A DNA stretch of 57,750 nt, the filler included, from Perkinsus olseni (Eukaryota): assembly GCA_013115125.1 (NCBI GenBank). It is 3 parts of 3 records of this genome, joined end to end, with 100 filler letters (N's around TTAATTAATTAA, not from the genome) between each part and the next. Parts side by side here need not be neighbours in the genome. Positions count along the whole stretch, not along the records: positions 19,387 to 38,567 come from JABANN010000603.1; 2 more parts are not named here. One strand, given 5' to 3'. The notes beneath the pieces are model-generated. The model was not told the origin of the DNA, did not search any database, and saw only the letters and a program-made list of their open reading frames with translations. The translations under genes were made by a program, and so were the position numbers. Positions 23,801-38,667 of this stretch are shown here, one piece after another. The stretch's first letter is position 1; every line of letters starts with the position of its first letter.

Positions 23801-26800
23801 CCGCTGGGAGATACAACTCCAATATGACAGAGGGGATGGAAGGACGCGTGCAGCTGACCTGCAGCACCGATCAAACACATGCGATCATGATTCGGTAACT
23901 ATCATGTAGGTGTCGAGAATGTCAACACTGCGGTTATAAGACGCCGCCTCACTACGAGATTTCCGAGAGTTGGAAATTACCGTTGATTTAGTTGTTGCAT
24001 TCCCGCGCTGCAGGCGAGTATTGGACCGCAGAGTGATTTCGGGTAGGGAGTAAAACTCGTAAGTCATTAACACATAATACGAAGCCAGTGGTGCAACGAG
24101 CTTCATTGGGCAGAGGGACCGGACGCGACTCACGAAATTTATGGTATGAATATCGAACTGAATATCGAATCTAGAATCGTCTGCGAGAGAAAAATAGATA
24201 CGAAAATGGCAATCTGACTGATGTCGAGAAGAAAGCAGCGGTGATGTGATCCTTCATCCGTTATCATTCGCGCGCACGATTCGCGGAAGGTATGGTATGG
24301 TATGATTTGATGAGATGAGTACTCATAACCATTTGCCAGCGAAAATACGACCTGTTGAACTAACTGGTAACCAAAAGGAAACATCCATCCCACGGCAGTG
24401 GGCCGAGCCTCTACCCGCTATTACGTATCTCTTCCCTTATCGGGGACACAAGTATTGCATAGTACGCAGAATCCGACAGCACCGGAGCAGGAGGCCGGCA
24501 TCCGGCTACTATATCCATCACTGTTAACTTTCCAGATACACTGCTTGGGTCACAGGCCGCGGATATCCATGACATTGAGAAATACCTGAGTAGACCTAAG
24601 ATACTCGCGGCGGTTATGAGAATTCTTCGCCGTGCGCGGAAGATACTCTCGCGATCTCACATCATATTATCGATGAAGGGCTGTAGTTTCCGCTGTCCAT
24701 TTTCGTCAATAACCAGCAGAACATATTCTTGGAGATCGTGCAGGGCCACGATCAAGTCACAGAGAGAGCAGAGCACCTCAGTAACGACACTGCGTAGGGG
24801 TCGGAGAGTTGAAGTTAACCTGACGAAAGGGAGATGAATCTTACTTTGCTGACCGTCTGAAGATGATTCTGTTCCCGGAGGCGCCCCGGCCAGATCAAAC
24901 CACGAAAAAAGGGTAGCGAATTACTTTCAAGTCGCGTAAGGCGGTTAAAAGTTCGCTCAGATGACTAGCATGAGCGATGTATTTACTAGTCATCGAACGG
25001 AGTCTGTCTGGATGACGATCGTTGTTCTATTGACGCTAGGGAGTCAAGTTTCCCGGTTCAACGAAAGAGTTCTCTCATTCAGCGTGAGTGGTGCCATTTC
25101 CTCGTCCCAGAAAGCAGCAGTAGTGGCGACGGAATCGATGCTACGAAGCCGATTTGTTATGCTGGTCGGCGGAGCAAAGATTCCCCCCGCCCGTGGACAG
25201 CGTCAAACGACAAATAATAAAACCCGAGGCATCGCAGCAACGTCCAACGGGATTGTCAAACGACAAAATATCTCCTCAGTAATTGTGAGTAGTTCTCGCG
25301 TACGACCACATCTTACTACCGCTCCGAAAGGCCGATATCCAACCACAGCGGCATCTCCATCAGCCCCACCGATATAGGAGGCAGCTGGCTTTTCTCCTCC
25401 TTTTCACTGCTCGACCCGCACAGAATGCCAAAAAAGTATCCAAGGTTAGAGATGGTATGTGACAGATACCGATACAGTATGTGGAGTATTGGAGCCAGCC
25501 ATCTAGACAGATACCTCCTTAGTAGAGCCATTGGGGACTCCAAGATTGCTGAACCGTATCTTTCACTTTCTGATAGAAGAAAACCGATCATGATGGCGCG
25601 CGCGATATACGGCGCATTTTATGGGGTCGTTCAATTGATCAATTCTGAAACTCAGATTGAATAACTTTGTGGCACAAATCGTATAATCTACCACGCTAGA
25701 CGTGTATAGTTTCAGTTCCACAAAAAACGTGTGAAAATTCATTCCAGAATCGATTCTGAATTTCACAATTAGTTTATGGAACAGGGAGATACCGTCACGA
25801 AGAGTCGTTCTGTTTGCCTCCGACGACGACCTCTCACGCATAAATCCTCATGCCCGACCGAGTTTGCGACGATAAGCTTACCAGTATCTGCAGGGGTCAT
25901 TGCCATCGAGTAGTTTATGGTTCAGCTATTACTTTTCTGAATGTCTGACTGAGCATGCTCCTGCTTGCAGCAACGCTCTGCTTATCGTTAAATAAGGGAA
26001 GCTCTGGTCGAGCGGATAAGAGTATCGTGCTAGACACGTAACGAACCGGGTTCAATTCCGACCATAGTTATTCATTGCCAGGTCCTCGCTAGACTCCATA
26101 ATCGAGGGACTTCAGCACTCTCAGAGACTGTACTTGATGAATGATGACAATAATACAGTTCCAACACCGTAGGCCGGAGATGATAATTCCGCCGAATGCA
26201 GCTCCAGAATCTTCCTATTGAACACTCCCTCTTGTGTATCTTCGTGTGTGTGAGTTTACAGTCTAACGCCGGTTCCGGCTTAGTGAGACTCTTGCCAATG
26301 CGCACAGTTGGAGACTTTTTGTAGCACTTTCTTTCTGTATCTTCGTAACTGACAAGGCGTCGCTCGCGGCCAATTATATTTTTTTCTTCTATCTTTCCCT
26401 GTGCACCAGCAAAGAGGGGACCCTTCGAACTGATCCAGCACAGCTCCCTTCTTCCACTCACAACAAGCTGAGATATCGCATCAGGTCGACAGAGTCTCTC
26501 CCAGTACTCGAAAACAAGGTTGAGGTTCTCAAAGAGAAGTTGAACGTGTTACAAATGATAGAGACTGGGCACTTTTCTGAGGTCAGTTGAACACCAGAAC
26601 GGACTACTAACTCTGCTACCGCAGGTGAACAAGACACATCTCACCTTGCATCGTGCCAGAGAGCAACAGAAAAACAACGAAGCCAGCAGGCAGGCCTGTA
26701 TCGTAGGTTGATTCTTGCGACACTCTGGTTGGAAGGTCGTGCTTCTTCCAGGCCTCGTACAATCACCTTTCGGTCGCTCTGAACAGCTTGCTAAGCGATA

Positions 26801-28459
26801 TGATCAACGGTGCTGGTGGAATCAACGCCGATGTGGTAGGAGCATGCTTCCGTTTATCGTGAGAATGAGTATCTCTGCTGTTGCAGGATGTAGCCAACAA
26901 GGTGAAGAGACGCATGCAGCTTGACTTGGTAGGCTTCTGTTCCACTGTTCTTCGTATTAATGCTGAGTTACCACATTTCCCACATCTCCCGTTGGAATAA
27001 TGACGGTTGCCTAATGGATAAGAATAACGAATGTATTCACTAGTTGAAAAATTCATTCTGGGACGCTCGAATATAACGCTAGTTTTCCGTTGCAGAGGAC
27101 AGCGCGAGAATTATGAAGTTTTGCAATGGCATTTCTTCGCGCAGAAAAGATAAACGGCCTGCTCAATTTCGACCGATTTGCTCTGAATCGATTGGCTCAG
27201 GCTAAGTTCGACGAGCGTGTGAAGAGCCTCAACACGTGGCTTCGGAACATGGATGGTTGGTCGTCGTTCGTTCTGGCGGAAACACATAAGTGTAGGTCGA
27301 TCTTGCTATTGATAGTTTTTACGCATCTTCCTTCTCTAGTGGACCGAGGCCAAGCTAGGCTGCTACAGTGGGGTCAACGAACCCGATCTACGATGAACAT
27401 GCATGAGGTAAAGATACCATGACAGTGCGCTTGTTCATGACTACCACCGCTTGTTCAGGCGTCGCTATTGAAACTCGGCCGTGAACTCTTCAATCTCGAG
27501 ACGCTTCTTCTGAGCACTCACGAGTCCCTCCTGGCCGCCGGGGGTGCAGTTGGTTGTAGGTTGTCTCAGCTGCCGTTTTCTCAACAGTTTTTTCACTGCA
27601 GACAAACCGCTGAGTCTGTCCCTACCCGAGGCTGGTGGTGGCAATGGTCTGAGGTACACGATCCTGAGCTGAGATTCATGTTCAAACATGAGCAGTCTGT
27701 GAATACTTCCCTTGTTGTGTTGATATCCGGAAATACAAGAAAACAGTCTGCTTCGAATGAGCTGACTCCGTGAAACAGCGAGGCTACTGATGCGCCGCAC
27801 TCGATGTCAAACTTCACCCGACCGAAAGTTCGAGGTTGCAAGAATTTCCACTCATAACTCAAATCCCAGGGACAACAACGATCGATATTTCGTTTCCACC
27901 TGAGCTTGGTCCCGCTGAGTTCACGAACGCAAGTTCGGCCCCGAGAAGTCAATGGATTCCACACCCCCAAAGATGATCAACAAGTCATTGTCGCTATGGC
28001 CTTCCCGATGAACTGGCGCGCATGTACTTCGTGACCCTCGGCTGTGACGTTGAAGAGAAAGAAGAGAAAGCGACGGGTCCTCAGTTTTGACGGAAAATCG
28101 GAAAGTTGGATTGCAAAGTCCCTAGCTGAAGTACGGCGAGTCCTGCCGCGAACGTCGTGAGAGGGGGAAGCAGCACCGGTGACATCTCAACCGTCTGAAT
28201 GGACGAGAGAGGTCCGTTGAACCTTCCGGTAGCCGAGAACGGGGGTTCATGGTTATCATGCAGCTCCAGTTGCTGCCTCAATCGCTTGCGGGCAGGATTG
28301 TGAAGAATTCGTTTCTGATCTGCGTTTGTATCAATGATTCCTGAATCAGGAATCCTGATATGTTCTGATTCTCAAGGATGTGGCGCTTTTCCAGCAAACC
28401 TTCGAACACTCAACGCGGTTAGCCTCAAAAATATCAGATAATGATGAAACACCGATCGG

Positions 28460-29640
28460 TCAAGCCGAGCACTTAACATCATGGCCACCTCTCTGACTAG
28501 CTGATACTCCGCCTAGGAGGTCATCTTCCGACCCTCCGATGCGGTCCTTGCGGAGTGGAGGTGTGCTCGACCGAGCTCGGGGCTGAAAAACAGAGCTCAA
28601 CAGCGAGACGGCTGAACTGAACGCGAAAAAGATACTTCGTTCTTCAGCTTGTCCCTCCTTTCCCTCTGGGTCTTCTCCCACCGGTCCAACACCTGCTTTA
28701 GCGGTCCAGTTCCCTGTTGACGACGAATTACTCACAGCTGAGGGTGAATGATGATTTGGCACTTCCCTCGACTCCATCGTCTCCTCCGTAGCCTCGAGAA
28801 GTGGCGCCAAATCAGAGGACAGACGAGGGTCTGGATACACGATGATTCACTCAACACGAAGGCTGAAGGCGTACGCTCCATACCGAAGGCCTCAGGGTCA
28901 TCGAATCCTTCCGAGAACAGACCCGACCGAACGTCCATTGTCGTATCATCGGTCGCGGTGGTCACTCCGAGCTCAGCAGCAGCGATCTTGATCACCGCTC
29001 CGGCGTCCAGGCTTCGTCCCCCTACTGAGATCATGAGCGAACTGTTGAGTATTTTCCGCTCCCGATAAGAAGCGACGGTGAAGCTAAGTGGCGGATGACA
29101 AGAAGACCGCAGATGAGAGATTGGATTCTAGACGGCACAACTGCGCCGCTTTCGGCAAAGCGTTGAACTGACGATTCTCTAGCGTGGTCTTCGTCGCTAG
29201 CATTCAATTTCATCACTACTAAGTGAACCAAGATAGCTGTACGATTCCTTTTACCTGTTACCACTGAGTAACTCGGTCTCTAACACCATCACAGCACACC
29301 TGCCAACCCTACCCCGACTCAGACTTCTGTCTGTGGATCCCCTCGTGGTCTTTTCTAGCAACTTGCGTTCGAGTCTTCTTATATACGTCTCCTGCTTCTC
29401 GCGTTTTTTCCGCTCTTCTTGAAGTTGCCGCTTCAGTTGCCTGCCAGACCTCCACTCCCGCTGATCTCCCCTCCCCAGCGACATCACAGTATTGTCCGCG
29501 CCGCAGTGTCCACATGTTTATAGTGTTTGGCTTCGAGACCGCGGTAATGTGCCGCCCGAGCCTTGCTGACCAGTCTCGAGTTAGATGCCTCCAAAGAAGA
29601 GTTTCGTGCCTTCAGCGTGAGTATCTCTGATTCACACCTG
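28460..29640 (-). CDS. Hypothetical coiled-coil / low-complexity protein, multi-exon; boundaries approximate
   Basis: Segment RQLKRQLQEERKKREKQETYIRRLERKLLEK and consecutive minus-strand ORFs separated by GT-AG-like gaps. Confidence 0.4.
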
Positions 29641-32600
29641 ACTGACTTCTATCCGGGAGAATATGAACCACAAATGAACCGTCGGATGAGCGAAGTTTCC
29701 TTCTCCTGAGATCGATGGCCGCCCTCCGCGGTTCGTGAGTGATGTTATACTCGGAAGTCACGTTAGGAGATGTTACTGTTGCGGATCAATGACAACCACT
29801 TGAGGTCAACTTCCCAGCGGCAATTTTGCAGATTTCCGTTGAGCCCTCGCCGGGCCGGGTCCGCACCCCACAAAGCAGAAGTGGTGCGAATCAGCAACGT
29901 TCTCCACGAGCGACTTTGAACGGTCATTCCGCTCACTGTTTCACGTTCAACACAGGAATAATCTCGTGCGTTCGCGACCCCGCCGTCTGCATCTCGGTGA
30001 CGCGGCCGACTATTGCCGACCTGACGTCCTTCTCACCTTCTTATATGAGCAGCCACATCCTTCGGCATCAACCCTACCAGGGCCTGGGCCGCTGCAGCAT
30101 CACCCAAGTCATGAACCTAGCATCTCTACAGTGACCAGGCAATCAATACTCAGCCAGTATTGTTCACTCACAAGTGGTCCGTCACGGCGCGTCTGCTGTC
30201 GAGGAGAAGCCATGAGATCCTCAAAATGCTCAGTCAGCTTGTAGACCTCTTTGTGCCTAAGGGGGAATGGCATATGACTTCTGAGTTGGGCTGGAAGTCG
30301 CAGCCAGCTACCTCAAGGAGCCGTCTTTGGTCGCTAGCTGTCCTGCGAGATGATCAACAACCTGTCGAAGCTTCTCGCGGTGTTTTTCGAGACTCTCCAC
30401 TCTCCCTTGTAATTCCTTCTGCCCTCGCCTCAAAGATTCTATCGTCAACGACTCCATCTCGTTGGCCTGATCGCCGAACAACTCTCAGAATACCCAGACT
30501 CCAAAGGGGTTCCACCATCGTGTTGAGAGGAAATGCCCAAAATCGAAATTCACCCAAGTGCCGCCTCAACAACATCTGCCATCAGAAGTCGATGGCTAAG
30601 GGGAGTGTGTGAGGTATCCGAGTGATGAACTTCCATTGGATAATAGCCAACCATTCAGCCCTGGGAGAGGACTTGGCGGTGGCAACGGTTCAACTTTCTT
30701 GTCGGAGGGTTCACTTCGATGGATCTTTCTATATAGTTATAAATCATAATTCATTCAGATTATTGATGATGGCTCGTTATATTTTGTAGTAACTATACGC
30801 TGGTTGATTGATCAGAATTGATAACAAAGATGTGGTATGAGGAATTGCGAGATACCCAACGATAGTGTTTCATAGACCTGAAGTCGACGACATCTCTCCA
30901 CCCACTTCTTTCAATTCTCCGTTCTCATCCACCAAGGTCCGAATCTTTCGCTGCAATTTCTGGATCTTATCTTTCGACGTTTGCTGAGCCTCCTCTATCC
31001 TTCGTTTCAAGTCGGCCACTTCAGATTCGCGTGCTCGAGTGCCTTTCTCATGTGCCTAGAGACAACCCGGGGAGCTTTGAAAGTTTCTAAGCTTCTCAGC
31101 CGCATAGTTACATCGGTAATTACCAATAATATCAAAAAGCAAGGTCAAGCTCAGCCGAGCCCTTGCACCTTCAACGAAATGCCATGCTGATAAGCTATTA
31201 TGTCGCCATTGCCAACAAGTGGTTCATGGAGGCCCCCCCTGAGTTTCTTCGTCACGGACGGCTATGACCCGGGAAGGAGTAAGTAAGGAAAATTGACCGA
31301 TTGGTGATAATAAAACAGATTGAAATTGCAAACTCCTACGAATGTACATACCCCACAGAAATGAGGCATGCCGCTGAACTCACTGCCAGCAGAAGCGTTG
31401 CGAGTAGAGCAAGGTAGTATTGTACGCCTTAATTACGATCGACGATAATCGATGATCCGCTATGCAACGATGAGGCTAACCTGGAGCTTAGCTTGTGACT
31501 CTCTGAGCTGCTCACGAGTCTTCAACGATTCGAGGAAGATATCGACGTCTCCCGCCGAACCATCTCTGATGGATCTGATAGCAGTCGTGTCAATGGTTGA
31601 TGGTGACGGGACACGGCAGTAGGGAGTAGACGGTATCGTTGTAAGCGTCTTTTCCGAAGCAATGTTTGCTATGCTTCGCCTAACGCGATCGGGACCGAGA
31701 GCGGTCGTGCAGCACAGATAACGCGTTCTTAATCTTTGATCCGCCACAAGCGAGCGGCAGCGCCCCGCACCTTCGACTGCTGCTCGCGTACTCGGTGATT
31801 CTCCGTCTAGTGTCGGGGTCACAGCTACTCAGACATGTCGATCTGGTGGTATCGGAGAATGTCAGCGACGACGTCATAGCAGCGGTTATGAGAAATCTGC
31901 GGTCCCCACACGATACCAATCGTACTGGATGCAGTTATTCTCAGAGTCTCCTTAGGGCTACGAGTGAATGCGGGAATCCCCCACTACACAACACCGGCTG
32001 GACTGTCCAAGTGTTGTACGAGCGACAACAGCTCGGCTAAATGGCCTTCAAGTGGAAGCCCTCCAAATCTGGAGACTGCAAACTCGACTCGTCGAATTCG
32101 ACTGGAATACAGCGACGTTTTTGAAACGATGTATGACTTATTGTCAACCATGAGGAACTCTAGCGGTCCATGGTTACTGAAGTACCGAACCTTCATCTGC
32201 AATCAGACAGATAAGCTCCTTCGCTACCATCAAGCTGAGCTAAGGTTCCGTGAATGCGCACTTGCACAACTGAACTTATCCGACCTGGCAAACGCGTCCG
32301 CAACAGAGACTTTAGAAGTGCCTCGATCCCCGAAGATGGTGCACTAAAACGCCTTTGGGCATCAAATTTTTGTGAAAATCGGGTAAGCTAGAGTTAAGTT
32401 ACACAACCACGATCTAGGTCTACCTCAAACTTCAAAACCCGACAGGTCAAGAGCTTCCACAACATCATCATCAACAACAACGTCGTGAGAAGGAACATCA
32501 TCGACAATAGAAAGCTGACTACTGTAATGACAATCCGATAATGGTACCTCCTGGTCGATCAGTTCAGACGATGACTCTGTGCCGGCAGCTGTGGATTGAG

Positions 32601-35600
32601 GTATCACTGAAGCGCCTGCTACGCCCTCATTCACCACCTCCTAGTAGACCTCGACGAAGCTCTCTCGGCAATTCGGTGGACTTTTTGGCAAAGTTGGTCG
32701 AAAGTGCCGAAATGGCTGCTAATATTGTCGAGAACGTTCGAGCATACCTCTTCAACGGTCTTAATAGTGTCTGCAAGGTCTCTATACTCGTACGCCCGCA
32801 CCAGCACGATCTGAGAGTTCACAAATACTTGTGGGTGTTCCCTCGCAGCCGAGTAGAGTATGTTCGTCTGAGTACGATAAGAAGCCGCGTGAGCGCCGTA
32901 GAATGGGTCAAGGCCGACATCAACAGGAAGGGGAGGATGTTTTCTAGCATCCCAAATTGGGCCAGGGTGTGAGTAGTGAGGATCATATCGTTGGAGGGTG
33001 GGTTCCTCAGACCACCTGAATCGTAGAGGACAACGATGATGATGAGGGGATTGATGGTCGGGAAGATGCTATTGATTCACCCCTTACATAGCCGAGAACG
33101 CTTTCCGGCCGCCATTCGTGGAGCAGTGGATTGAACGTGTTCTCACGGCGTCCTCCCTCACAGTGAATTGCAATTCTTCATACTGCTCTGTGGCGAAGTG
33201 ATAATTGTTGAAACGACAAATTGTGGTATTGCTGTCCGCGTCAAATCGACTGGTGTAGTCCATCTCTGGGTAGCCCTGATCAATGTGATGACAGACTATC
33301 TCAGGAAGGGTGCTGCTGACGGGCGAGTTCTAGTCAGAGCTTTGAAAGGGACGTGGCCAGGCTAGAAGCGCCATAACGCCTCAACGAATAGAGTTCTCAC
33401 ACCGCTCATCCCGCGGACTGCCCCGCTCACCTTGAGGAGGGGCAAACTAGAAAGAAGTTCAACAACGAGAGCAGCTGAGGCTCTGATCATCACCTTCTTG
33501 GAAGGCATGGAACTGGAAGGATTGGACACTGCATAACAGCATGATGATCGTGGCGAATGTGGGACTGTCACCGGAAAGGATGAGCGTTGGCTTGGGCTGA
33601 GAATAGAACTTCTGATGCACGTCGGCCATACGCAAAGGTGCTCCACTTCGCCGTCAGTGAGTTTGGATTCCAAACTTTAAAAGCGTTTTCGTCCGTCAGG
33701 AATGAGTGTTAGGCGATGGAACTTGGGCCGGGCATCTCTCAGCCCTCCTCCGCGCAGTCCACTAGATGCTCCCACCGATGAGGAAAACACTCGGGATCGA
33801 TGGAGCACTCGATGGAACACCGAGTCGGAGCAGTGCTCCGACGAAAGCTTTTCCAAGCCCCACCACGGCCACGCCAACAACGGACACTCACTTGCAGTCT
33901 GCAGAAAAACAGCGAGCCTTCACCACGGAAACCCGAAAAGTTCGTACGAGTCGCGGGCCAACTCCCTCCGAAATACTCGGGAACATCTGACAAGTGAGTG
34001 CCTTCCAGAGACTGAGTTGATATCGGTGGTGCAGCTTTAAATCAAGGAAACTAACTCGGACCGAGTCCTCGATGAAAGAGCACTGGAGATCGACTTCTCC
34101 GAGGGATACACTAAAATCCATGAGCTCTTGGAATCCAAGGCTCGGAACTTGCGGACCGAGCATTTGGACTCGGATCCCGGAAGGCCTCAGCACTTTAATC
34201 GTCCCCAGGTCCGCCGAGGCGCTGGTGTGAACTCTCCCCTTCGAATATGTACAGATGAGACAGTAGCCTTTGAAGTAGGCTGCGCGGTTTTTGAAGCATT
34301 TAGCGAACACAACTTGTCTTCGCCCGATGCTTTGCGAATGGAGTCAGACTCGCCGCCGCAGCCAGTAGCTCCGTTAGTGTACCTAGGGGCGCCGTCACAG
34401 GAGTGAGGAGAAGGAGGCCAGCAGCGGTGGTCCAGTTTACAATGACAAAAAATTATCGACTAAAGTGAAGGACTTGTCGAACTTCCACACTCTTTCGCTC
34501 GCACGGGTAGCCGTTGGATCGCACTGGAACTAATAGCCGATAAAATATGAACTAGAAGTGAGTTCTCCTACAGTATCTCGCTCCGATAAGAAGCTACTAC
34601 GCGGCGGATGGCGGCAAGGAGATCGACAGCAGATCGATCGGATTCCAGAGGGATTCCAAAACTCGGGTGTTGCGTTGGTCTCAATCAGCCGCCGGGCTCC
34701 AACACCATGGTGAAATTTCAGGGAAGATGGAGAGCTTTACGTAGTACTCTATCCGGAGAATCTTTTTACTGGTCAGACGCGAAGCTGAAGTATAGAAAAT
34801 TATTAGAGAAGGGACTCGTGATAACCTAGTAAAAGAAGAGGGTACTCAGAGTCAACCAGAGCCAGTATCGTTTATGAACGTCAAAGGTATCGTCAATGGA
34901 CCTTGTAGAGGGGAGAGAAGGGAAGCTGATAGACTTCCCAGTCATCCCCCATGACCGCGTATCTCTACGGTGCCGAGGCGCCATTGAATGCATAGATGCT
35001 ATCACCACTTTGGCGTTCGTATTCGCTCAGGACTTGGCGGGTCGAGTGCCAACTAACTTAACAACTTCAACGCGACATTCTAGTCCAAATAATAACAGGC
35101 GCCTTTCAACCCAAAATGGACCGCTCTCTGCCGGAGAGGATGAATCACATTTCTTCAACTTCCGCGGGTCCTGGCCAGAGAGAATTCAATGCTCAAGCCA
35201 CGCCAAGGCTGGTTGGAATCGCGCCTCCTGGCCAACCTTCTGTCGGCCTTCGGTGTGAGATGAAGAAGGATTACTACCCCGTCCAACGACCGCCGAGTCC
35301 TTCGCGTAGTTCCACTCGATCTCCATAGACTTAGTCGCAGCGCTGACGGCCGGAATACCCTTCACAAAGCTTTCCAAAGCATCCGCATCTTCCCGCTCGG
35401 AGGTCTGCATGGATCAACCCAATAAGCCACGATGCAGAACACCTAGGCTTGAGCTTACTTTGACTTTAACAATGGCCATTTTGAGAGCATGCAGAATGCT
35501 CACGTTCGGAGATTCCGTCGAGGCAGGGAAGATCTTGCCTAGTTTCTCAGAATTCTGCAACGAGCACAGCTACTTTGACATCCCTACTAGAATAAACATA

Positions 35601-36432
35601 CCAGGTTGGCCGCAATCTCATTCAAATCAGCATTGTCGTCGAAGTCGATCATCAACGAGACTGAAAGTGACGAGCTTAGCAAAGTATCTTAAGTTGAAGC
35701 TTACATCCAGTGATACTGCGCTTGTTGAAGTCGGCAAGCTTGTCATACTCCGCCTGTGTTACACCAACCTTACACACTTTGCCGCAGCCGTTGGAACAGC
35801 ACAACTCTCCTGGTTGAGCTGAATACAAAACGAGATGACCGACGAATCTACTCTATGATCCTTGGATGATGGTACCAGGAGCGACCGATGATACCATCCT
35901 CATTCCGACGACCGTTGACACAACGCCGACCTACCCAGTACCTCACTAGGTCTAACAAGCCTGACACTGCTAGGCTAAGCCCGTTGCTGAAGAAGTACCG
36001 CGAACGAATGCTCACAGGGAGCTAACTACTACCACGAACGAAAACAACAGTGAAGGACGATCGCGTACTTTCCAGTTGTCAACAGCGACGAGCATCGAGA
36101 GAGGCCCCCCCGCTTGGCGACGGAGTTACGCTATGCTCACGTTTTCCCTCATCAACCCAATCACCCACCCTCACTACCACAAGGCTGCCTTTCCGAGCAA
36201 GCCTCCATACAAATGCCTCCCTGGCCCGGTATGAGCGGTGGACAGAAGACGAGGCCATTCGATGAGGCAGCAACGACGGTCACGATGATATTTAACAAAA
36301 TGTATGATAATGATCTCATAGAATTAAAATCTGCAGGAAGTCGCTGTATGCTCTTTGCAACGCAACAGACGAGAGTTGACCATCATGACACAACTTTGCA
36401 TTCGCGCGATTAATTCGATCATGGTACTTCGA

Positions 36433-36791
36433 TCAGAGATGGAATAAAAGGCCGATAACCGACACGCCTACGAGTAATGATACCGCTCGAGTAGCTCCAG
36501 ATGGGGTGTCCTGCGCTTGGCGAATTTGCTCAGCCTCCTCTTCCGTGACGCCGGCCATGCACAAGTGTCCACAACCATTGGGGCAGCACATCTGCTCACG
36601 ACCTGCGGAGGATCACGTCAGTAATGGAGAGAGGCCACTCTCTTACCACAGGGCTGCTCCTCCGAGCACATCTCCACGCAGATCCCCGCTGTGCCAGACA
36701 GCACCGGGGAGCACACTAATGGCTCCGACCCGATATCATCAGCGGCTATGATGGCCTTCAAGAGCAGAGGCAAAAGGAGTGCGATCGTCAT
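36433..36791 (-). CDS. Single-WAP (four-disulfide core) protein with signal peptide and hydrophobic, GPI-like tail; 2 exons
   Basis: MTIALLLPLLLKAIIA...CSPVLSGTAGICVEMCSEEQPC|GREQMCCPNGCGHLC...SGATRAVSLLVGVSVIGLLFHL*; 8 Cys in WAP spacing. Confidence 0.8.
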
Positions 36792-37655
36792 GGAGCGATT
36801 GATAACAAGTAACTTTTCCTGGGAAAAGCGCTCTCTCCAATCTCAGCAACTCGACTAGAATGCATGAGAGAAACTGTGGAACGGCTGACAGGAGAGAATC
36901 GAGTCATACCATCTTCACCATGTGTCAGCCTGTAAATTCTTCGCTGTGCGCAACCATGGTTTCCGGACGAGAAGATATGCCCCCATAACCAGACTAATGC
37001 TGCCCGCTGCTAGGTAAGCCATCGATCGATGAGTGAATGGCAACTTGTCATTCGCGAGGTCCCGAATCCCCAACACCAGCAGCGGAACAGATCTGAGATC
37101 GAATAATTTGACCGTTCTAAGAAGCAACCCTCAATCACGACTACCCAACCACACTCATGGTCGCTGAATAGGTCCAGTATCGATGATCTACAGCTGCCAG
37201 CACTCCGGCTCCACCGAATATGCCAGCCGCACATGCTGGAAGATAGGCAAAGGGGCAGGGCATCGTCACAAGACTGCGGCAAATCGGGAGGCTCACCCAG
37301 AACCTCTATCGTTTAGAAAGCAGGGATTCGCCACAGTGGCGAACTGGCCAGTGACTGGCTACTAGTGATAAGGGCTGATGAAATTGTACTCACGAAATTG
37401 AAGGGATGACGTAGCTAGGATCGGCCTTCACGCTACGTGAGTCATGTTTATCCCTCATCAACCACATGGGCCATGTGACATGGCTGCCGGGAAAACGAGG
37501 CAGCGATATCACTGATATTCAACAAAAAGTATGGCAACGATCTGGTTGGAATATAATCTGCCAGAAGCTGATCGACGCTTTTCAACGCAACAGGCGAGAG
37601 CTGATCATCATGAGACAACTTTGCAATCGCGATTAATTCGATCATGGTACTTCAA

Positions 37656-38292
37656 TCAATAATGGAATAAAAGGCCGATAAGGGGCACGCCTACAAATAG
37701 TGATACCTCACGAGTAGCTCCAGATGGGTTCTCCTCGATGGCCATGGTGCTCTGTATGAGGTCCTTCAAGGCCTCCTCTCCCCTGATACCGGCTACGCAA
37801 GTGCTCACGCAGCCGTTGTGACAGCACAGCTCATTGCCACCTGAAGAGGAAAACAAGTTCCATAAACTCGACGGCTAAGTGTAACGTGTGTTGACTGGCC
37901 AAGAAGCCCTCACTCACCGCAAGGCATATCCTCTGAGCAGGTCGCCTCTACACAACCACTCGAAGCGTCGGGGAACACTACTGGACATACCAAGAGCTCC
38001 TCGACGATCGGCTGAGGCGTCGTAACTTCCTCTGGAGGCACGCCGTCAATACAAACCCCACCACAATCAGTGCCACAGCACACTCTGTCACCCTCTAAAG
38101 AAAAAAAGATAACGTGAACCAGGTTCAAGAGTTCTGAGAAACCACCCTACCACCGCAGTCGCTGTCCTCGTAGCATTGTCTCACGCAGAGACGCGCGAAC
38201 TCCGGCAGCACTTTGGGGCACACCAACGGCTTCTCTTCCGCGATCGGGTCGGCATTGTGGAAAAAAGGAGCCAGTAGAAGGGTGAGATTCAT
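37656..38292 (-). CDS. Double-WAP-domain protein with hydrophobic tail; 3 exons
   Basis: CPKVLPEFARLCVRQCYEDSDCG|EGDRVCCGTDCGGVC and CPVVFPDASSGCVEATCSEDMPC|GGNELCCHNGCVSTC; phase-1 introns splice correctly; tail and 3'UTR shared with the 36433-36791 gene. Confidence 0.8.
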
Positions 38293-38667
38293 TGGGTCTC
38301 GAAAGACTAGTGGACGTTTAATAACCTAAGAAGGGAATATACTGGAGCCGCATCCGACCCACCGAGTCGGTGGCACCGATGAACGATTCATGATAAACCG
38401 TAGTTTGAATCGAAATCGCCGTTGCTGAACATGCACGTTGAGCTGCTTGAATGCGCCCAGGTGGCGCGTATCTAACCGTTTCAAGAATGGGCGAGTGTTA
38501 GATACTCGCTCGCACCCATCAGTATTCCTGCAATATGTGTGAAGTGTGATTGTGTGAAACGGCTGTCNNNNNNNNNNNNNNNNNNNNNNNNNNNNNNNNN
38601 NNNNNNNNNNNTTAATTAATTAANNNNNNNNNNNNNNNNNNNNNNNNNNNNNNNNNNNNNNNNNNNN

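Noticed and set aside
21300-36300. Many probable exons of hypothetical genes (also 1-3500 and 39500-40150)
   Set aside because: Probably coding, but I could not build reliable models or recognise families by eye, so most are not listed
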